A DNA stretch of 64,000 nucleotides. Source: Dehalococcoidia bacterium (GTDB taxonomy: Bacteria; Chloroflexota; Dehalococcoidia; Lucifugimonadales; Lucifugimonadaceae). Below are positions 58,388 to 64,000 of this stretch, piece by piece. The stretch is taken from NCBI GenBank assembly GCA_965203505.1, contig OZ241880.1, positions 2,858,206 to 2,922,205 on the forward strand, read 5' to 3'. Numbering within the stretch: the stretch's first letter is position 1; every line of letters starts with the position of its first letter. Below the pieces are notes generated by a model. That model was not told the origin of the DNA and did not search any database. It was given only the letters and a program-made list of their open reading frames with translations. A program made the position numbers and the translations under genes.

Positions 58388-60676
58388 TTACCCGCCGTTC
58401 TTAGCGGCCAAGGCCTCCAAGATCCGTCCCGGCTTCATCGGCTGTTCTTGCAACCGAACACCGACGGCGTCGTTGATGGCGTTTGGTACCGCTCCAAGCG
58501 GAGGTGCGATCGGAACCTCGCCAACACCGCGCACACCATACGGGTGCATTGGGTTCGCGACCTCTACGATGTGGGTTTCCAACATCGGAAGGTCTAGAGA
58601 CGTCGGCATCCGGTAATCCAAGAAGCTGAAGTTGGCCATCGCGCCGTCTTCGTTCATGAAGTACTCTTCGTTCAACGCCCAGCCGATGCCTTGCGCTGCT
58701 CCGCCTTGCATCTGGTTTTCTACATACGACGGGTGGATCGCCTTACCAGCGTCTTGGAACACGCTGTAGCGCACGACATCCGTCTTACCCGTGTCAGGGT
58801 CGATTTCAAGGTCGCAAATGTGAAGACCGAACGCGTTGCCGGCCGCCGCAAGGTTGACCGACGATGTCGTCGAGATCGGGCCGCCAGTATCGCCTAACCG
58901 AGTTGCCAAGTCCTTGAAGCCAAGGTTCAACTCCGGATCAGACTTGCTGCTGAACACGCCGTCCGAGAACTGCACATCGTCCTCATCGATGCCCCAGAGC
59001 GCCGCTGCCCGCACCTTCATCTCGTCAACCATCTTCATGGCCGCTTCCCACGCCGCGAATCCAGTCGCGTACGTCACGCGGCTGCCGCCGGTAGTTCCGG
59101 TGTAGCCGATCTCATCGGTGTTAGGAATGCTTGGGTGAACATCGTGAGCATCGAGACCAAACACTTCAGCAGCCTGCATCGCAATCGATGCCCGAGAGCC
59201 GCCTATGTCCTGCGAACCCTCATTCATCGCCACCGTGCCGTCGTCCTGAAGCATCAAGTCAACGGTAGACTTGCCGCCACCGTTCATCCAAAAACCGACT
59301 GCGACTCCGCGCCCACGTTTGTTGCCGGGTGCAGGCTCGCCTAGCGGCGAGTTCCAGTGATCAGAGTCTCGGGCCTGCTCGAGCATCTCCACGAGACCGA
59401 TGCGGTTGAACATCACACCGTTGCCGTTGCGAGAACCTTCCGTCGACGCGTTGTCGAGACGGAACTGCATCTTGTCCCAGCCCATCGTCTCGCAGATCTC
59501 GTCCACAACCGTCTCGATAGCAAAGCAGACTTGGGGCGAACCCGGTGCGCGGTACGCCGCCGACTTCGGCTTGTTAACAACTACATCGTGGGCGTCAATC
59601 CGAGAATTCGGGACATCATATGCGGCGCGGAAGCAGTTGATCCCAGCCGTAAATGCCGAGCCAGGGTAGGCGCCCGCTTCGTACCAGAGCTTGCCGTCGA
59701 AAGCATGGATCTTCCCGTCTTTCGTAACGCCCATCTTCACCGAGACTTTGCCGCCCGGAGCAGGGCCACTCGCCATAAAGACCGCCGGCCGATCCATCAC
59801 CATCTTCACCGGTCGATGGTTCGACTTCTTCGACAAAATCGCCGCTACCGGAGCTAAGTAAGTCTTCGTCTTGCCTCCGAAACCGCCACCGATCTCAACT
59901 GACTCAGCGACCACATTCGAGTCCGGAAGGCCAACCAACGCCGCGGTCTGTTCTTTAACGGCGAACATCCCCTGCGTGCTCTCCCAAACGCGCACGTGAT
60001 CATTCTCATCCCAAATCGCGGTCGCGTTGTGTGGCTCGATGTAACCCTGGTGAACCATCTCAAGCGAAACTTCACGCTCCACTACTAGATCGCAGTCATC
60101 GAACGCACCATCAGGATCGCCGAATTCGTGACGTACCGCGATAGCGACGTTCGTGTTCGGCACGCTCTCGCCGAAATGATTGCCGACCAGATCTTCGAGC
60201 AAAATCGGCGCTCCGACCGCCATCGCCTCGTCGACGTTTCGCACCGGCGGGAGCGTCTCGTACTCCACCTTGATGCGTCGCACCGCTTCCGTCGCCGTGT
60301 TCCTGTCAACCGCCGCAACCGCCGCGACCACGTGACCCACGTACAGAACCTTGTCCGAAGCCATCACATTATCTTGCGTGCGCTTCATGTTCAGCACTTC
60401 CTCACCCGTCTCGACCTCCATGTCAGCCGCCGTCGGGAAGTCCTCGTGAGTCGCTACGGCGAACACGCCGGGCAACGATTCCGCTTCGGACGTGTCGATA
60501 CTCACAATACGCGCGTGGACTTGGTCCGTCCTCAGCACATCGCCCCAAATCAGACCAGGCAACTTGACATCGCCGCCGTAGACCGCACGTCCGGTTACCT
60601 TGTCTAGCCCGTCATGCCGAATCGGCCGAGTTCCAACGACTGAGAAGTTCTTTTTCTGCTCGAAAGTGGCTACCAT
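58388..60676 (-). CDS. Xanthine dehydrogenase/aldehyde oxidase family molybdopterin-binding large subunit (CoxL-like)
   Basis: Starts MVATFEQKKNFSVVGTRPIRHDGLDKVTGRAVYGGD after AGGAGG. About 760 aa with a typical a/b-hammerhead plus MoCo-binding layout. The ORF-track extension is rejected. Confidence 0.85.
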   Translation of the reverse strand: MVATFEQKKNFSVVGTRPIRHDGLDKVTGRAVYGGDVKLPGLIWGDVLRTDQVHARIVSIDTSEAESLPGVFAVATHEDFPTAADMEVETGEEVLNMKRTQDNVMASDKVLYVGHVVAAVAAVDRNTATEAVRRIKVEYETLPPVRNVDEAMAVGAPILLEDLVGNHFGESVPNTNVAIAVRHEFGDPDGAFDDCDLVVEREVSLEMVHQGYIEPHNATAIWDENDHVRVWESTQGMFAVKEQTAALVGLPDSNVVAESVEIGGGFGGKTKTYLAPVAAILSKKSNHRPVKMVMDRPAVFMASGPAPGGKVSVKMGVTKDGKIHAFDGKLWYEAGAYPGSAFTAGINCFRAAYDVPNSRIDAHDVVVNKPKSAAYRAPGSPQVCFAIETVVDEICETMGWDKMQFRLDNASTEGSRNGNGVMFNRIGLVEMLEQARDSDHWNSPLGEPAPGNKRGRGVAVGFWMNGGGKSTVDLMLQDDGTVAMNEGSQDIGGSRASIAMQAAEVFGLDAHDVHPSIPNTDEIGYTGTTGGSRVTYATGFAAWEAAMKMVDEMKVRAAALWGIDEDDVQFSDGVFSSKSDPELNLGFKDLATRLGDTGGPISTTSSVNLAAAGNAFGLHICDLEIDPDTGKTDVVRYSVFQDAGKAIHPSYVENQMQGGAAQGIGWALNEEYFMNEDGAMANFSFLDYRMPTSLDLPMLETHIVEVANPMHPYGVRGVGEVPIAPPLGAVPNAINDAVGVRLQEQPMKPGRILEALAAKNGG

Positions 60677-60883
60677 CCAGGTGGTCCTCCTGCTTTCTTG
60701 TTGTCGTTCGCATGCATACCCGCGACTCGACAAACTGAAATATCGTGCTTTCGCCAAACCAGCGCGACTATCTGACCAGTTCACACCAAGTCCGCGAACA
60801 ATTGAATGTTAATGCAAAAGCCTAGGGTTTCCCCCACCAGTGGTGGAAAAGTCACAAGGACGAAGCCGGCAACCTGACCGCAC

Positions 60884-61855
60884 CTAAGTCCGCGTCCGCG
60901 TCTCCGGAACAATCCCCGCCGGCCGCACCAGCAACACCACAACGATCATCAGGCCAATTACAGCCAGCCGAATATTCGGATCGCCCAAAAAACCTGGCAA
61001 GAACTGTGAACTCGAAATAATCGCCCACAGCACGAACGCGCCCAAGATCGCACCCCGGTGGTTGCCGCTGCCACCGAGTATCAACATCGCCCAGATGATG
61101 AAGGTAGCGAAGAACGGCTCAAACGCCTGTGGGGTGATTGAGTGTTTCGCAAACGCATACAACGCACCTCCGACCCCCATCAATGCCGCCCCGTAAGCAA
61201 ACGCTTGCAACTTGAACTGGAACACGTTCTTTCCCACCATCTCCGCCGTGTCCTCGTTCTCTCGGATCGCAAGAATAACTCTGCCCCAAGGCGAACCAGC
61301 CAATCGTTGCGACACCAGATAAACGATCAACAGCACGATCAAAACAAGCGGCAGGAACACGAAATCGTAATAGTGCGGATCCACCAAGCCGTCGAGCACC
61401 CTTGGTATACCGTTCAATCCCCGCGTACCATCGGCGAGCCAACCCTCGTTTGTGAACAACAACCGGACCGCTTCACCAAGCCCCAACGTCGTTATAGCCA
61501 GATAGTCGTCGCGCAACCTGATCGTGATGCTCCCAACCAAATAGGCCACACCCGCGCACACTCCCGCCGCTGCCGCTAGCACCAACGGGAACCACAAATC
61601 GAACCCAACTTTCGTCGGGCCCAATGTAAACGCAAGATTCCCACCCCACTCATAACGCTGGTAAAGATCGGGATTCGGCGGCGGCATCACCAATATCGAT
61701 GCCGCATATGCGCCGAGCGCGAAGAACGCAGCGATACCGATGTTGAATAGTCCGGTATGCCCATAGTGCACGTTAAGACCAACGTTGATGATCGCGTAAA
61801 TACCCGCGATCACCAAGAAACTCCCGATGTGTAGGGTCAAACCTTCGATGTCCAC
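60884..61855 (-). CDS. livM: Branched-chain amino acid ABC transporter permease (LivM-like)
   Basis: HTGLFNIGIAAFFALGAYAASIL and about 8 or more TM helices. Confidence 0.8.
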   Translation of the reverse strand: MDIEGLTLHIGSFLVIAGIYAIINVGLNVHYGHTGLFNIGIAAFFALGAYAASILVMPPPNPDLYQRYEWGGNLAFTLGPTKVGFDLWFPLVLAAAAGVCAGVAYLVGSITIRLRDDYLAITTLGLGEAVRLLFTNEGWLADGTRGLNGIPRVLDGLVDPHYYDFVFLPLVLIVLLIVYLVSQRLAGSPWGRVILAIRENEDTAEMVGKNVFQFKLQAFAYGAALMGVGGALYAFAKHSITPQAFEPFFATFIIWAMLILGGSGNHRGAILGAFVLWAIISSSQFLPGFLGDPNIRLAVIGLMIVVVLLVRPAGIVPETRTRT

Positions 61856-61864
61856 GACAGTCCT

Positions 61865-62926
61865 CTAAGCCCTACTTTCCCCGAACAAGCCATTAGGCCT
61901 TACCAAAAGCAAAACAATGATCGCCGCGAAGAACACCGCTGGTTTGTAAGACGGGTCCAACCAAGCAGTCGATACTTCACCAACGACACCGACAAATATC
62001 GCTCCTAGGAATGCACCGTACGGGTTACCGATCCCACCTGCGACTACCGCAGCGAAAAGCGGGATAAGTATCTTCCAACCCGAAATGGTCAGCAACTGCC
62101 CCTGACCTGCAGCGAACAATATCCCTGCCGCGGCCGCCATGCCACCGCCGATCACCCAAGTCAACAGATTCGTTCGCTCGACGTCGATTCCCGTAACTCG
62201 CGCCAAATCCTCATTGTCCGCCGCTGCTCGCATCGCCTTGCCCCAGCGAGTCATGTTGAGAAACAAATACGTCGCCAACGTCAGAACTACAGCGGCGATC
62301 GCGACGAAGATCATGTCCGGCGGAATGCGAACCTGAACGTCCTGCAAGTGGAACAGATCCACAGTCCAAATGAAGAACTTCTTGGACACCCTCGGAAAAT
62401 GTTCCACTTCGGTGCCCCAGATGTACTGGATGAATCCCCGCAACGCGATCGCCACACCCAGCGACGCCAGTGCCATCACTCCCGGCAACGCACCGCGACG
62501 ACGCATCGTCCGGTAGACGAGTTGATCCACAACCACCGCGAACGTCGCCACCACCAACACGCCGATCGGCAAAGCGATGAAAAGCGTGTAACTGAACGTG
62601 AACGGGCCCACAGAGTTGTCGCTCCAAGCCTCAGGCAACATTGATGTGAAGACGAACAACGCCGCGAACGCACCGAGAGTCATGTAATCGCCGTGAGCGA
62701 TGTTTGGCAGGTGCAAATTCCCGTACACCAGCGAAAGACCTACCGCGCCGAGGGCATAAACCGATCCGACCAGCAAGCCGTTCACCGTCAAATCCAATTG
62801 CCAAATCAATGCCCATATCGCCAATCCCGCAACCGCGAACAGCGCGAGCCGCTCAATGAACTTGAAGCCGCGCTCACCGATCAGCGATACAACGCCGTCG
62901 CGTAGTGCATTGGTATTGATATCCAT
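61865..62926 (-). CDS. livH: Branched-chain amino acid ABC transporter permease (LivH-like)
   Basis: LLVGSVYALGAVGLSLVYGNLHLPNIAHGDYMTLGAF. Confidence 0.8.
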   Translation of the reverse strand: MDINTNALRDGVVSLIGERGFKFIERLALFAVAGLAIWALIWQLDLTVNGLLVGSVYALGAVGLSLVYGNLHLPNIAHGDYMTLGAFAALFVFTSMLPEAWSDNSVGPFTFSYTLFIALPIGVLVVATFAVVVDQLVYRTMRRRGALPGVMALASLGVAIALRGFIQYIWGTEVEHFPRVSKKFFIWTVDLFHLQDVQVRIPPDMIFVAIAAVVLTLATYLFLNMTRWGKAMRAAADNEDLARVTGIDVERTNLLTWVIGGGMAAAAGILFAAGQGQLLTISGWKILIPLFAAVVAGGIGNPYGAFLGAIFVGVVGEVSTAWLDPSYKPAVFFAAIIVLLLVRPNGLFGESRA

Positions 62927-62940
62927 CAGGTGCCGAAACT

Positions 62941-63705
62941 CTATTGACCGCTATCGTTTGCTTCGTTGCCGCCCAGTCCAAGGAAAACTCTGCCTATGTC
63001 TGGATTGCTCAAGAGACCGTCAGCGGTATCTTCGACGAAGTTGCGCCCGCGGGCCAACACGTAGGCCCGATCGCTGCGACGTAGTGCTTTAATGGCGTTC
63101 TGTTCCACCAAGAGTGTCGAGACGCCAGATCGATTTATCTCGGCTATCCGATCGAGAACCTCGTCCACAACCTGCGGCGCTAACCCCGCGGTTGGTTCAT
63201 CAAGCAACAAAACGCTCGGTTCAGCGACCAAAGCACGCGCTAGAGCCAGCATCTGACGTTGACCACCAGAAAGCTGGCCGGCTTTGCTGCCCCAACGTTC
63301 GCGCAACAAGGGAAACAGATCTTGGACACGTTCCATGTTGCCGCTTGAATCACCCCGCAACGTAAATGCGCCCATCTCCACATTCTCCCGTACCGAAAGG
63401 GTAGGGAACACGTTTGCCGCTTGCGGCACGTAACCGATCCCCATCGCGATCAAGCGGTCCGCCCGCTCACCCGTGATGTCGTCACCGTGCAAGCGGATCG
63501 AACCACCGGACACATCCGACAGTCCAAATATCGCCTTGATTGTCGTCGATTTCCCAGATCCATTCGGTCCGATAATTGTCACCATCTCGCCCACATTTAC
63601 CGTTATCGAAATACCGCGCGCGATCAACGTCGGCCCGTACCCAGCTTCCAGATCCGTTATCTCCAAAGCAGGGGAGACCGTATTCATTTCTACCGCCGCG
63701 CTCAC
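62941..63705 (-). CDS. livF: Branched-chain amino acid ABC transporter ATPase (LivF-like)
   Basis: GPNGSGKSTTIKAIFG, LSGGQRQMLALARAL and LLLDEPTAGLAP. Confidence 0.85.
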   Translation of the reverse strand: MSAAVEMNTVSPALEITDLEAGYGPTLIARGISITVNVGEMVTIIGPNGSGKSTTIKAIFGLSDVSGGSIRLHGDDITGERADRLIAMGIGYVPQAANVFPTLSVRENVEMGAFTLRGDSSGNMERVQDLFPLLRERWGSKAGQLSGGQRQMLALARALVAEPSVLLLDEPTAGLAPQVVDEVLDRIAEINRSGVSTLLVEQNAIKALRRSDRAYVLARGRNFVEDTADGLLSNPDIGRVFLGLGGNEANDSGQ

Positions 63706-64000
63706 GCCTCTACACCACCCAGATATGCATCCAACACCCGCTTGTCGGTACGTACCTCTTCCGGCGTTCCGTCCGCAATGACTTTCCCCTCCGCCATCAC
63801 GATCACCCGATCGCTCAAATCCATGATCAACGGCACATCATGCTCAACAATCACCCAAGTTATCCCGCGATCATCCCTCAGTTGCCGTATCGTATCGGCG
63901 ATCTCACGCATCAACGTCGGATTCACTCCCGCAGCTGGTTCATCCAACAACACCAGCTTTGGAGATGCCATCAACGCACGACCGATCTCCAACAGCTTCT
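63702..64000 (-). CDS. livG: Branched-chain amino acid ABC transporter ATPase (LivG-like), 3' part only; continues beyond the window
   Basis: ...LEIGRALMASPKLVLLDEPAAGVNP...VIVEHDV... The frame is open to the window edge. Confidence 0.8.
   Translation of the reverse strand, partial: KLLEIGRALMASPKLVLLDEPAAGVNPTLMREIADTIRQLRDDRGITWVIVEHDVPLIMDLSDRVIVMAEGKVIADGTPEEVRTDKRVLDAYLGGVEA

Overview
Gene-dense, moderately GC-rich bacterial chromosomal segment of about 60 protein genes. GroEL, a long RpoD, tandem oxygenase paralogs and GTAG-type hairpin repeat fields look Chloroflexota-like, but that placement is inference only. The backbone is housekeeping: groES-groEL with a CIRCE operator, recF, apt, mazG, selD, lysA, holB, cmk, plsC, glmS, a dGTPase-like gene, dnaG-rpoD, an OtsA-OtsB fusion, a CoxL-type molybdoenzyme subunit and a liv-type ABC importer.

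Findings worth follow-up:
1. A DUF3179 lipoprotein gene is split by ORF calling at an in-frame TGA that sits on the first Cys of its CPLC motif (giving U-P-L-C). A SECIS-like hairpin starts 13 nt downstream. selD in the same window also has an in-frame TGA at its active-site Cys position. Together these indicate selenocysteine decoding and a candidate selenoprotein form of a domain of unknown function.
2. A 1.47-kb darT-darG (DUF4433 plus macrodomain) cassette is inserted into the 3' end of an amidohydrolase gene and is bounded by 25-bp direct repeats.
3. An operon encodes two about 1100-1180-aa double-FtsX permeases and two MacB/LolD-type ATPases. It is followed by a structure in which the last 152 nt of the second ATPase gene recurs 3.6 kb downstream with only synonymous changes. 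That repeat brackets a single-polypeptide GAF-PAS-HisKA-HATPase-REC-wHTH two-component protein and a pair of divergent small paralogous ORFs.
4. A 1.6-kb non-coding field contains mosaic REP/BIME-like hairpin repeats plus an unassigned hairpin-rich segment behind a promoter-like AT island, upstream of three tandem PhyH-family dioxygenase paralogs.
5. A DNA methyltransferase sits next to a decayed nuclease-like gene.

No rRNA, tRNA, CRISPR array, transposase or integrase gene was recognised by eye.
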